DNA from: Malacoraja senta
Taxonomy: Eukaryota
Direction of reading: 5' to 3'
Length of the DNA: 64,000 nucleotides
NCBI GenBank assembly: GCA_038087875.1
Contig: JAXLNO010000050.1
Span: 1 to 64,000 of the forward strand
Part shown: one piece after another, positions 12,299-25,517 of the stretch
How positions within the stretch are numbered: position 1 is the stretch's first letter
How the letters are laid out: the number at the start of each line of letters is the position of its first letter
Translations under genes and position numbers: made by a program
The notes under the pieces: generated by a model
The model's input: the letters and a program-made list of their open reading frames with translations, nothing else
What the model was told of the DNA's origin: nothing
Databases searched by the model: none

Positions 12299-13559
12299 TA
12301 TGTGTGTGCATACAAATATGTATGTGTATGTATATGTATATACACATATATTGTGATATATATATACATACAGTATATATATTTTTGTATATATATATAT
12401 TGTGATATACACACACACACACAAATATATATATACACACACAGATTGAAAGAAAAAGGTTGCTAAAGAAATTAGAGGAAATCTGAAGGAAGAAACTAGA
12501 GAAATATGTCAAGTCAAGTCACTTTTATTTATATAGCATATTTAAAAAACAACTCTCACACAACGCCACGCATTAGGTGTACGCCGTCAAGACGCTGCGT
12601 ACGACATCAAGACGCTGTGTACGCCCGTCGAGACGCTGCATATGCCCTCAATGTGCCTGCAGGCCGACAGGCCGTTGTCGCGCGGGATGTTCGGACAGTG
12701 CAAGAAATTTTCAAGCGACCACGTTTGGTCGCGCTAGACGCATGCAATCGCATGCTGGTGGGGACAGGCCCTTAACTTGCCTCTCACACACAGGCACACA
12801 CAAACACACATTCATATAAATATATATATATAAGTTAAAGTTAATTTTGTGCACAGTGTGCGTTAAAACAATACAAGGGAAGCTGCACAATACAATGCAA
12901 GGGAAACTACGCAAAGGTGGCGGCTGGGGAGGAAAGATGGGAGGGAAATGGGGGAACAGGGGGAAAACATTTACAATAAAATTAACTAAAATATGTGAGG
13001 TGATAGATGCGCTATATCAAACACTGTTCCCTACAACACTGATTACACCAAGGATGATAGAGCGAGTGCACAGCTGGAGGCATACCGGAAGCCGCGTTTG
13101 GCTTAAACAAATGGCGGCCATGACGTTTCGTTACGTACGACACGTCAGCTCATTGGATTTCGGAGGAGTGGTCTATCTTGCTCCTCTATAATCTTTGGTC
13201 ACAACAATCTCTCTATGCGCTCGAGCCCACAATTTGCCACAAGGCACTGAGTGAAACAGCCGTTCCAGCAGAACCACGACCGGAGCACCGGCAGGAAGAC
13301 AGGCAAATCATACATTCCTGTGTACCCGACTCATCGTCGACAAACAGTGAATCCATGACAATGCTCAGTGTCAGCAATACCAAAGTTGCTGCAAAGATGT
13401 AATGTCATGTCTTTATCAGACTTCCAAAGGATTCACAACAACGAAACTGTCATGAAAACAAACTCCAAGTTACATCCATTTATGGGGGGGAGTTGCAACC
13501 GGTTGGTAAGGTCACATTACAATGCCATCTGCAATCTCAGGATTACAATGTGGATTTCT

Positions 13560-14000
13560 TCATTGTTGGCTTGGTATGGCAACCTGAGCTTCAAGGAGCT
13601 GAAGAGGCTGCAAAAAGTAGTAAACACTGCCCAGTCCATCATCGGCTTTGACCTACCCACCATCGAGGGCATCTATCGCAGTCGCTGCCTCAAAAAGGCT
13701 GCCAGCATCATCAAGGACCCCACACCATCCTGGCCACTCACTCATCTCTCCGCTGCCATCAGGTAGAAGGTACAGGAGCCTGAAATCTGCAACATCCAGG
13801 TTCAGGAACAGCTACTTCCCCACAGCGATCAGACTATTAAACACAACTTCAAACAGGCTCTGAACTATAAAAGCCTATTGCACTTTATCTGTTCATTTAT
13901 GGGTGTATATTCTATGGTATATGGACACACTGATCTGATCTGCATTTATGCCAACAATATTCTGTTGCGCTGCAACAAGCAAGAATTTCATTGTCCTATC
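13560..14000 (+). mobile_element. Rex1/Babar LINE 3' fragment
   Basis: AWYGNLS..KRLQKVVNTAQSIIG..RCLKKAASII..LPSGRRYRS..RFRNSYFP, same family as 49305-49740. Confidence 0.8.
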
Positions 14001-15782
14001 TGGGTCAGCCCATGATCATATTGAATGGCGGTGCAGGCTCGAAGGGCTGAATGGCCTACGACTGCACCTATTTTCTATGTTTCTATGACAAGAAACTCTC
14101 TTCTTGACTTCTTGTTAGTGGGGAAGTGCCGCTCCCATATATGAACTTAGTCTCCTTCGGCAAAACTGTGTACCAGCTGTCTACCTCTCAAAGTCCCAAC
14201 CAACAACTATTTGAATAATACAAAGACATTTGTGATAACCAGCTGGGCAAGATTCCCACAGAATACAGCATTGTAACCGACAAGGAAGTCATACCTGTCG
14301 TTCGTTCTCCTCACCGAATCCCGCACGCAATGAAGGACCGCGTCAAAGCTGAACTTGACAGAATGGAAACACTGGGTGTGATAGCCCCTGTCAATGACCC
14401 CTCCTCCTGGGACTCCACCATGGTCGCAGCAGTCAAGAAGAACAAAGACGAAATAAGGATGTGTATTAACCCTAAAGACATAAACACTGCCATCAAATGA
14501 CCACACCACCCGATGCGGACGGTGGAAGAGGTCGCAGCCAAAGCTACAGGTAAAGCTACAGTTTTCTCTGTCCTAGATGCAAAGAACTCATTTTGGCAAA
14601 TACCGCTAGACCATGCATCCTCCATGTTAACCACATTTGCAACGCCCTACGGACGCTACCGATTCTTACAAATGCCATTTGGCATCAATTTAGCCAGTGA
14701 AGTTTTCCAATGTACTATGGAACAACTTTTTACTGGCTACCCGTGCACCATAATCATGGATGACATCCTGATCGCCGGGCGCAACAGGTCCTGGATCGTG
14801 CCAGATAAGTCAATCTCAAACTCAACCCCCTCAAGTGCAGGTTTCGGGTCGAGGAAGTGACTTATGTGGGACACGTGTTTACCAACAACGGACTCAGGCC
14901 AGACCCATCTAAAACCATTGCCATCAACAAAATGCCAGCACCTACGGGTGGGATGTGACTGCTCTACAACGATTTCTAGGCACGGTAAACTACCTAGGAA
15001 AATTCATCCCAAACTTCAGCGAGCTGTCAGCCCCATTGTGACAACTGACCCACAATCATACACACTGGTCCGGCACCAGCACCAGCATTTGAAACCCGCA
15101 AACAACTAATGTCTTGCGCTCCAACCCTCACATACTTTGATGCCGAGTTACCCGTTACCCTCACGAGTGATGCCTCCCAGTATGGACTGGGCAGCACTTG
15201 CCTACAAGACGACGGGAAAGGTCACAGACCAATTGCCTATGTCTCCCACACCATGACCGACACTGAACAGCGCTACGTTCAAACTGGGAAGGAGCTACTT
15301 GCAGTAACTTTTGCCTGCAAGAAATTCAAGGAGTTTATCTTTGGCAACCTGATCACGGTTGAAACCGATCACCAGGCCCTGGTCAGTATCCTCAGTAAAC
15401 TGATCCACACGGCACCAGCGAGTTTACAACGCATGATGATGGAACTACAGAGATATGGCATCAGACTAACCTACAAACGCGGTAAGGACATGCACTTAGC
15501 TGACACCCTCTCATGGGCACCTCACCCAACCTGCGAAAACCACCTGTCTGATGATGAGCATGAGGGGTACACGGTTATGATGGTCTCTTGCCTTCCATCT
15601 GCGGACAGACATCCTAGTGGCAAAAACAGCTGCAGACGAAATGCTACAATCGCTGGCCACTGTCGCCCGCTACGGCTGGCCAGACAATCAGCATCACCTG
15701 CCGCAGGCTGTCCACCCATTCTACCCTGTCCGCGATGAACTGGTCATTCAAAACGGCATTATAATGAAAGGACATAAGGCAG

Positions 15783-16240
15783 TTATCCTTAAACTGTGAC
15801 CCCTTGTTCTGGACTTCCCCAACATCGGGAACAATCTTCCTGCATCTAGCCTGTCCAACCCCTTAAGAATTTTGTAAGTTTCTAAAAGATCCCCCCTCAA
15901 TCTTTTAAATTCTAGCGAGTACAATCCGAGTCCTGACATCCCAGGAATCAGTCTGGTGAACCTTCTCTCTACTCCCTCTATGGCAAGAATGTCTTTCCTC
16001 AGATTAGGAGACCAAAACTGTACGCAATACTCCAGGTGTGGTCTCACCAAGGCCCTGTAGAACTGCAGTAGAATCTCCCTGCTCCTATACTCAAATCCTT
16101 TTGCTTTGAATGCTAACATACCATTCGCTTTCTTCACTGCCTGCTGCACCTGCATGCCTACTTTCAATGACTGGTGTACCATGCCACCCAGGTCTCATTG
16201 CATCTCCCCTTTTCCTAATCGGCCACCATTCAGATAATAA
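15783..16240 (-). mobile_element. CR1 internal fragment replacing the Gypsy integrase and the start of the 3' LTR
   Basis: ORF 15748-16182 is CR1 ORF2 C-terminal sequence with no 3' tail. Gypsy coding stops at ~15783 and the LTR resumes ~48 nt into its sequence. Confidence 0.85.
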
Positions 16241-17084
16241 TATGTGCATGCCACCCATTACATGGTATTACGGTACTACACAGCTTTACACTAGCAAGGT
16301 CAGTTTACGCTCGCTCTCTCTCTCACAAGCCACGCTGAGCTGAATGAGAATGGCTGGTAGTTTAAATGTTCCTGCTTACTTATGGAATAAAGACTGATCT
16401 TTTACCATGTGTGTTAGTGTGGATTAATCATAAACAGGGTTCAAGATGCAGCTCGAAAGCATCTGATGCGATGAACTCTTATTTGAGAAAAGGAACAGCT
16501 GAAAAGGAAACAACAGCTAAATCGAATCTGCAGCCAGAGGATATCCGGCCTCGTGACTCAGAACTAGCACATGGCCAAAAGATGGACAAACTTCATCTCA
16601 GCAACTGGGTGCTAGACCGAAGGAAACTACTTATGGGGCATCTGTAGGGGCTTGGGACAAACCAACAGCTCAGTACGCTCGCTATTCCGAAGCCTGATAC
16701 ACAGGCTCGAGCAAGCCAGTATTATTATCAGAGACCTGTCTATCATTCGTTTGCGACAAGCCAAGAATCTCAAGATAGATTACGTGAATTGGCGGAGGAG
16801 CAAGTTGAATTCAACAAGCCATAGCTAAACAAAATCTCTCTTTCACCCTATCACCAATCGAAATTCCTACATATAATGTTGATCCTTTGCGGCATGAAAC
16901 TTTCATAATGGCGTTTGAAAAAGTAGTAGAAATGAAAATTACTGATGAAAAAGAGCGCTTATGAGTTCTGGCATATTACATAAGCGGAAGTGATAAGGTA
17001 CTTGTACAAAGTTGTCACGATAAGCCTAACAGCCAAGGCTATCAAGAGGCAAGAAGGTTACTTGAAGAGCGTTATGGTAATAGA

Positions 17085-17975
17085 CTATAGACAATAGGTG
17101 GAGGAATTGGTCATTCAATATGATCATTGCTGATCATCCTCAATCAGTACCCCGTTCCTGCCTTCTCCCCATTTTTCCTGACTACGCTATCTTCAAGAGA
17201 CCTATCTAGCTCTCTCTTGAAAGTATCCAGAGAACCGGCCTCCACTGCCCTTTGTGGCAGAGAATTCCACATTCACAACTTTCTGTGAGAAAAAGTGTTT
17301 ACTCATCTCCGTTCTAAACGGTTTACCCCTTATTCTTAAACTGTGGCCCCTGGTTCTGGACTCCCCCAACATCGGGAACATGTTTCCTGCCTCTAGCATG
17401 TCCAAACCGTTAACAATCTTATATGTTTCAATAAGATATCCTCTCATCCTTCTAAACTCCAGAGTATACAAGCCCAGCCGCTCCATTCTCTAAGCATATG
17501 ACAGTCCCGCCATCCTTGCATTCCCTCAATAGCAAGAAAGCCCTTCCTCACATTAGGGGACCAAAACTGCACACAATACTCCAGGTGTGGTATCACTAGG
17601 GCTCTGTACAACTGCAGACGGAGCTCTTTGCTCCTATATTTGACTCCTCTTGTTATAAAGGTCAACATGCCATTCGCTTTCTTCATTGCCTGCTGTACCT
17701 GCATGCTTACTTTCATAGACTGATAAACAAGGACCCCTAGGTCCCATTGTACTTCCCCTTTTCCCAACTTGACGCCATTTATATAGTTATCTGCCTTCCT
17801 GTTTTTGATACCAAGGTGGATAACCTCACATTTATCCACATTAAACTTCATCTGCCATGCATCTGTCCACTCCCCCAACCTGTCCAAATCATCCTGCATT
17901 CTCATAGCATCCTCCTTAAAGTTCACACTGCCATCCAGCTTTGTGTCATCTGCAAATTTGCTAATGTTACTTTGA
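17085..17975 (-). mobile_element. CR1 LINE 3' fragment inside BEL gag
   Basis: KFADDTKL..VDKCEVIHLG..LEYCVQFWSP (ORFs 17444-17926, 17202-17486) plus 3' UTR. Confidence 0.9.
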
Positions 17976-20294
17976 ACAGAGGATTCCTAACGTATACATG
18001 GAGAAGGCCTACGCTTGGAAAGATATCAAGCCAGAAGATGTGGAGGCATTGATTTTGCAAAATTTCTTAGAGGTTGATGTAGCTCGATGAAAAATCTCAA
18101 CCACATGGGGGAGATGAATCTTGTTAGTAATACTAGAGCCATCATTCTAAAACTGCCCAGACGACTGAGAGAAAAGTGGTGAGATAAAGCAGGCCGAATA
18201 ATGGTAACCGGAGCAAATAGAACAGGAGAAGCCAGCTACTAGTGATGCTGTCACCTCACCTCAAGTAACTGCTCATATTGGGTCCGGGGTAGAAGCCTGT
18301 ATCTTCTCTGTCTTACCAGTACAGGTAAGGAATAGCAAGACGAATACAGTGTTGCAAACATATCCATTTGTAGATCACGGAAGTTCGGCTACCTTCTGCA
18401 TAGAAGGCATGATGAGAAGGCTGGACATCACAGGAGAGGAGATTAAGATTCGATTGCATACCCTGAATGAAGAGAAGGAGTCCGTTAATCATTACATTAC
18501 AAGTAGGGAAATATCTAGTCTGGATGAAGATAATTTTATACCAATATCTGAAGTGTTTACACATGAAACCATGCCTATTGGTCATCAAAATATACCCAGA
18601 CATGAGGACTTGAGACAATGGCCTTACTTGAAGGATGTCAAAATATCTAAAATAGATTCTATTGACCTACTTATCGGAACGAATGCATTGAAGGAATTGG
18701 AACCAATACAGATTGTGAGGAGCCAAGTTGATGGACCGTTTGCTGTGAAAACCCTACTAGGATGGGTTATCTATGGCTCCTTGAGAAGGAACAATGAAAG
18801 CGGAAACCAGAAGAACTGTCCTGCCGCTACTGTTAATCAAATATCTACTGGTAAATTAGAAAAGCTATTGATCAAGCAATACAAACATGACTTCAATGAA
18901 AGAACTAGTAAGGAATCTGAAGAAATGTCCAGGGAAGAGTTAAAGTTCTTGGATATTATGAACTGCTCAGTAAAGATAATGGACGGACACTATTGTTTGG
19001 ACTTTCCTTTCAAACAAGAAAGTGTTAGTCTGCCTAATAATCGTCATATGGCAGAGCAACGCATCCAAAATTTGAAACGTAAGTTTGGCCAGAATACGAA
19101 ATTTCATGAGGAATATACATCTTTCCAAAAGGATACGATTGACAAAGATTATGCCGAACTGGTACCAACAAACCAACTGAATCGAAGTGATGGAGAGCTA
19201 TGATACATTCCGCACCATGGGGTGTATCACTCGAAGAAAGGGACTTTGAGGATGGTCTTTGACTGGGCTGCAGTCTTCAAAGGAACATCACTTAACTGTC
19301 AACTATTGTAAGGTCCAGACCTTACCAACTCACTCATTGGAGTTCTCATTAAATTCAGATAAGAACCAATTGCTTTGATGGCTGATATCAGAGCGATGTT
19401 TCATCGTCAAAGTATCAGAAAAACACATTGACTACCTGCGATTTGTATGGTGGCCTGAAGGGGATGTACAGCAAGCTCTTCTTGAATACCAGATGAAGGT
19501 ACATCTCTTTGGAGCAGTGTCATCACCAAGTTGTGTGAACTTTGCATCAAAGAAGACCGCAGAGGACCACAAAGTTCATTTTACAGTGGAAAGATAACCA
19601 CTTTGAAGAATCATTTCTATGTGGGTGATTGTTTAAAATCCATGTCTACTGAGCAGGAAGCAATTCAAATGGTAAAACATCTGACTTCCCTCTGCAATAA
19701 GGGAGGATTCATGCTTTCCAAGTGGATCAGCATCAGTCGCGTTGTATTGGAAGCATTCTACCAGATGATAGAGCCAAAGAGACCAGAGAGTTAGATTTGG
19801 ACAAAGACAATTTGGCAATGGAAAGAGCATTGGGAGCAACTGATGTATCATTAATGGAAATATTTTAACACAAAAGAAAATCCTGCGGATGAAGCTTCCA
19901 GAGGACTGACAGCAGACCGCTTCTTAAGCAATAAGAGATGGATCAATGGACAAGAGTTTCTCTGTAAGCCAGACAGGGAATGGCCAAAACATGAGCTGGG
20001 ATTTGAAACCTCTGCTAATGTTCCAGAAATTAAACAAAACATCACAGTGAACGTTATTGCTAAAAATCCTAATCTTCTCTCGAATGATTTTCACACTTCA
20101 ACATCATTGTTACAACATATCCATGAGTTGATTGGACATGGAGGAAAAGGTTTCATGCTGTCAAACTTTGCGCTTTGTGTTTTGGACAATATACGGTATT
20201 ATGCCTGATGTTATGGGTTTGGTGCACACGGTACGACTTCAAACTAAAAACAATGTTTTAATAAGACCAATAACCAAATGATGCTTACTTCTAG

Positions 20295-23200
20295 AAGATG
20301 GAAGAATCTCTGAAGAAGTCTGAATGCGGATATATCATGGACGGATATACCAATGGAGTGGAGCCAATGGAGGGACGAGTTTGAGCTCTATGTTGATTTG
20401 AGCATGACAGGGAAGGATGATAAGATAAAGAGGAAAATGCTCATGTATCTAGTTGGACCACAAGGGAGAGAGCTCTACCAAACGATAAAAACGCGAGGGA
20501 CACGGACACCGGATGGCAATGTACAAGAAGTGACGCTAATGCAGGCTCTCGATGCTTTTGAACAGCATTGTTAACCCGTGAGGAACGAGACCATCGACAG
20601 GTATTGATTCTTTACAAGGAGCCAAGAAGAGGGGAAACATTTGTTCTAAACAGAACTGAAGCTCTTGGCAGCTCATTGCAATTTCAGTTGAAGGATTCAC
20701 TGATAAGTGATAGCATAATATGAGGCATAAGAGATGAAAAGTGTGTGAAGGCATGCCAGGCTTTCCAAGGCCAGAGTTGATGTCCTGTTAGGTGACCAAC
20801 GACAAGATGTCTGTGCAGTAAGACAAGAGGGGGACAAGATACCAGCCAACCATAGAGTGTAAATACTGCGGACACAAACATGAGAGGAAGAAGGAGAAAT
20901 GTACAACATCTGGCCAGGAGTGTTTCAAATGCCATAAGATAAATCATTTTGCATCACAATGGATGGAAAAGCAGGTGCAACAGAAGAACCAGAAGAAAGA
21001 AAAGAAAGGCAACAAATCTGTGCATGCAGTGGGGGAAGTGGAGAGCTCCAGTGATGAGTATAATGACATTCAAGTGTATGATGAAATTCACACATAGGCT
21101 GTGGGCCGAGCTTCAGAAATGTGTCTAGAATTTAACTTTCATGACCCATGTCTCGGACCTACATGAAATTTTGCAGATTTAGATAAAATATAATTGAGAA
21201 GGAAGTCATAACTCGTCAATGCCAAAAGTTGCACATTAATTAATTAAACTAATTAGAAAATTAGATTGTAAAAGTAAGCCCCATCTAGTGTCCTATGCCC
21301 ATATTACACCATGGGGAGCCTAATTCCGTGCTGTGGTCTATTTAAACCATATATTATTATACTATATATGTATATATATATATATGTATATATGTATGTA
21401 TATGACGTGAACATGACTGTAATCATACATAATATGTATAATTAGGGGGTGCTGTCCTGTGTGCGGCTGCCCAGCCAGCAGCTGTCTGTCCTTTCATCTT
21501 TTATTTTTTTATTTTAGTTAGTTAAGTGGTTTGTTTGGAGTTCTAGACTTTTTTGTGTGGGGGGGGAAGGGGGAAAATACCTTTCAGGGTCCCTACCTGG
21601 CCGGAGAGGCAGCTTTTCTCCTGGCTGCAGCTTCGACCCGTCCTCGCGGCCTACCAGCGGGCCTGGAGCGGCGTTTCCTGTCGGGGACCGCCCAGAACCT
21701 CGGCTTCAGCGGCGGCACAGCGCTGGAGCGCTATCGCGGAGCGGGCGATGCCTTGCCCGGGTCGCCGCGCTGGAGCTCCGGTGAGCTGAGGATCGCTGGG
21801 GAAAACATCGCGGAGCTGCGGGACTGTGGAGCGACCAGCTGCGGGCGGTGGCGCTGAACTTTACACCGGGAGCCTGGGATCTCTAGATGAGATCGCCAGT
21901 TGTGGAGCTCCAACCGGCGCGGCCTTGTTGGCTTCGGAAGCCGCGGCCCCCAGTGCTGAAGCGGCCGTTCCAGGGTTCCCAAGCCGCTGGGAGGACTCTC
22001 CCAACGCCGGAGCAACATCACCCGGCGAGAACGGCCTGGAACATCGGGCCTCCGTAGAGGCAACTGTGGAGGCCTCAATGGGCCCGACTATGGGTGAACT
22101 GGGGTGGGGGACTGGACTTTGTGCCTTCCCTCATGGTGGGAGCCATTGTGGGGGGATGTTCAGTGTTAAGACTATCTTGGTGTTATGTCTGTATTCTCTT
22201 TTTTGTGTCCTGCATAATGGCAAAAAGCATTTCACTTCACTACACCTGGGTGTATGTGAATGTGACTAATAAAAATACCGTGATACCTAATTATCTATAC
22301 TATTACTAAAACTCACATCTTGACCACTTCTGGTTTGCCTTTCTTTAAATTTGAGCAAAAACTGTACCGTTTATTGCTAGGATTTTTGTGCCACCTTACT
22401 CACTGGTCTCCTCTCCTCCACGTGCACCAAGTTTTGTTCCAAACGGTGGAAGATTACAAAAGTTATGAAGGTTTTAAAAATCGTTATATCAGCAGATTGG
22501 TCTTCTTTCTTGCCTGTCAGTCATCACTCTCACCACCCACCAGCCGCCCGCCCCAACGTTCAGCCCGACCGATCCTCCACATCAGCCATCGGCCTACCGA
22601 CAAGCCCTACCGACAGACTGACCGATTGATCGACCGACCGTCTGACTGACTGAATATCCGACTGACTCACTGATTGACCCTAACTTTATACAGATAAATC
22701 AATTGAAAAACAAAATTATCAGCAAGGTTAGCATAACCTTCATTCCTTGGAAACCTTGTTATTGTTTTGATGTAATGAGGAGGCAGCCATGATCCCAGGG
22801 TCATCGCTGCCTAGCGACCTTAAAACAAAGGATTGGTCAATTTGCATCCGACGTCAATGTCAAACGTGCATTGATTGGACAATTACGACTCGGAGCTTTT
22901 TCTCATATTTTTAAAAAATGTGCAGGTTTTGGTCTTGACGAGTTTCAGGTATGATTTATATAATATTTTTACACAATATGTTAAAAATTCAGGTAGTATC
23001 GTGAGTTGGGTCACGAACTTGAACGAAAAAGCTCCTTGGCCCACAGCCTAACAGTGGAACTGCAACCAGAAGCATTAAAAGCAGAGTGTTCACGGTGTTG
23101 AGGAGACTCAATTCCCAAAGAAAATCTTTGCGACCACGATGCTGGAAGAGAAGGAAGTAGAATTCCAGGTAGACAGTGGAGCCACATGTAACATCATTCC

Positions 23201-23910
23201 CAAGATGCATGCAAAGGATGTGGATGAAACCAAGCATGTATTGTCGATGTACAACAATACGACAGTGGTGCCTCCTGGAATAAAGCAAGGTGAAACTAGT
23301 AAATCTAAAGTATGGAAGGAGATACAAAGTAGTTTGTAGTCCTGGAGGAAGACTGCATTCCAATCCTGGGAAGCAGGGCAGCCCAGCAGATGGGACTCAT
23401 CTCAGTCTGTACAGAGAACTGAATGGCAGTGAAATCTCTCTGAGCAAGGAAAGAATGATGGCTGAGTATGCTGATGTGTTTGAAGGGACAGGTAAATTCG
23501 AGGGCAAGTACCGTCTGCAGGTAGATGACAGCGTAACGCTGGTGATCCATCCTCCACGAAGAGTCCCTGTAGCCTTACGGAATAAGCTGAAACAGGAGAT
23601 AGACAGACTAACAGAAGCTGAAATAATTGCCCCAGTAGAGACCCACACTCCAAGGGTATCCAGCCTTGTGTGTGTGTAGAAAGGCCCAATGGAAAGTTGA
23701 GAATGTGTTTCGACCCGAGGGATCTGAACAAGGGGCTGAAAATAAGTCATTACCCAATGACAATGATTGAAGATGTCCTCACAGACCTGAATGAAGCCAA
23801 TGTCTTTAGCACGTTTGACGTCAAGAATGGGTTTTGGCATGTGGAACTGGATGATGAGAGTTCTCAGCTTACGACATTTAACACACCGTATGGCAGATAT
23901 AGATGGAAAG
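20295..23910 (+). mobile_element. Second Gypsy-type element, decayed and 3'-truncated (gag, zinc knuckle, protease, RT N-terminal part)
   Basis: Gag WSQWRDEFELYV..YLVGPQGRELYQT; CKYCGHKH..CFKCHKINHF at ~20860-20960; protease FQVDSGATCNII at 23160; RT PPRRVPVALR, LRMCFDPRDLN, FDVKNGFWHV, TFNTPYGRYRW. Confidence 0.88.
21095..23050. mobile_element. Non-autonomous TIR element in Gypsy gag-pro, carrying nested repeats
   Basis: TAGGCTGTGGGCCGAG at 21095 and CTTGGCCCACAGCCTA ending 23050; ACA duplicated on both sides. Removing it restores the frame EIHTVE. Confidence 0.8.
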
Positions 23911-24158
23911 AAGAAGCTCCATTTACGAAAGATAGACTCCCGACAGACACTGAACAGTTTGGGATTGGTGTACTTCAGCATCAGGCATTTAAAGAGCTTG
24001 CCACCTTTGCCCTTACTTGCCTAATAACCCCTGTCAGCAATGCTGTCGTAGAGAGGATATTTCTCTTGTATCCTCTGTAAAAACGAAGGCAAGAAACAGA
24101 ATGCAGCTGAATCTCCTTGATGCTGTTGTGAAAGTCTATTGCTTTCAAGCCAATGTTG

Positions 24159-25201
24159 TAGGTATGTTACAAAACTTACCTTCAGCGGCGCTGCAGATCT
24201 GTCGCTGTCCGTGTGCGCGACTTTGGCGCCTTTGAGAGGGGGCGGTTTTAAAATGCCTTGTTTCTCCAGCCTGATCAAATCGATTTCTGTCAGGCTGTTT
24301 AGCTGCTAAAGAATAATCGCTTCGACTGCCGTTTTATTACGTTTCTTTTAAACTGCACTGAATATTTTACGAACAGGAGTAAATTAAAAATAATCTTCTA
24401 AAGCCGTCAACGCCGACAACGGGGACGGATTTCATGTACGGGACAGGTAAAGGAAAGCCGTTTATTCTTTATATACACTTGCTTCTAAGGATGCCTTTAA
24501 TCAAAATTTCACGTTGCGAAAATGTTATTATGTAAATATACGAACTGGCAGTATTTTTCCTGCCAGTATGAGGTTTAAATTCACCGCAAATGCAACGTTC
24601 CAAACCAGTGCATTCCACAAAAACCCACTCGCAAGATGATTAAAATGGCCATTAATTTACGGGAATTAAACACTAAATTCCTTCCATTTGGCCTATAATT
24701 TCATGACCATGAGATTTAAAAATCATGTTATATTGTGAATTATTGTGTGAATGTTATTTGAACATTTAGGCTATTTAAAAATGTTAACTTTTTCTTAAGA
24801 AATGGATAGATGTTTAGATCTAGTAATTGAATTTTGTAATTAGCTACAATTGGGTAACTAACTAATTATATACTTTAATTTCAGGTCATCCAAGTAAGAT
24901 TGTTTCATATTTGTTTCAGAATGCTTCAATCTATAATAACTGAAATTTTCATTCAGTTCTCTTAATTTTTAAGAAAGTTACGGGCTTTTGACTGTCCTTG
25001 ATCACAGCTTTTGAGTTAAGTCAATGGAAAAGCAATAGGGAACAAGATGCTAATTTCAGAGTATGAAAATGGCCATAACCTTTTTAATACTGAAGATATG
25101 AAAGTGAATTAGGTGTCAAATTAAACTTCTTTTTATGCTTTATCTGATGGGAGAAATTACAGACTTGATTTTTAAAATCTCAACATTTTGTAACATTGCT
25201 A
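24159..25201. mobile_element. ~1.05-kb non-autonomous TIR element, copy 1
   Basis: Ends TAGGTATGTTACAAAA and TTTTGTAACATTGCTA; colinear and highly similar to 32631-33679. Confidence 0.85.
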
Positions 25202-25517
25202 AATGTTTCTAAGACTTCACTGCATATCGATAAATGCTGAAAAACGTCACAAGATTTATGCCATATGTTCCACTCATTCCAGTGGGGAGGATAGTAATGA
25301 TCTGATTCTGGAGCTTTTCATGAGATATGTGTAGAAAAATATATTCAAAATTGTTTGTTTGATGCTGGAAAATCCAAGGTAGGCAAAAATGCTGGAGAAA
25401 CTCAGCGGGTGAGGCAGCATCTATGGAGCAAAGGAAACAGGCGACATTTCGGGTCGAGACCCTTCTTCAGGCTGATGTGGTGGTGGAGGGGGGGATGGGA
25501 AGAATAAAGGAAGAGTC

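Larger units (their letters stand above)
8694..16436 (+). mobile_element. Gypsy LTR retrotransposon with GGGTT target-site duplication
   Basis: 5' LTR 8694-8938 (TG...CA); PBS TGGTGTCAGAAGTG at 8939; gag start MAESFRKPDPL at ~9030; RT (VLDAKNSFWQI, MPFGI, IMDDILI) ~14240-14790; RNase H (TSDASQYGLG) 15109-15500; partial 3' LTR ~16241-16436; GGGTT at 8689-8693 and 16437-16441. Confidence 0.93.
7366..20100 (+). mobile_element. BEL/Pao LTR retrotransposon, decayed, interrupted by Gypsy (8694-16436) and CR1 (17085-17975)
   Basis: Gag-like coiled coil at 8306-8690 continues at 16437. Protease-like TYPFVDHGSSATF and IDLLIGTN..GPFAVKTLLGWVIYG (18349-19203). YIPHHGVY..LR.VFD and GPDLTNSLIG motifs; RT site FYVGDCL (degenerate YVDD) at ~19620. 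Putative LTR starts TGTAG at 7366; no 3' LTR seen. Confidence 0.85.

Noticed and set aside
10519..12512. YI/IY-rich ORFs flanking the Tc1
   Set aside because: Translations of (TA)n and (CA)n microsatellites.
21445..22280. GC-rich island with overlapping ORFs as a CpG-island promoter
   Set aside because: It is nested inside a TIR element inside a Gypsy and ends in a LINE-type tail (gtgactaataaa); more likely a non-autonomous retroelement, like 55530-55900.
23670..24080. Gypsy RT-hAT fusion ORF
   Set aside because: Deletion junction between two decayed elements, with stops and frameshifts on both sides.
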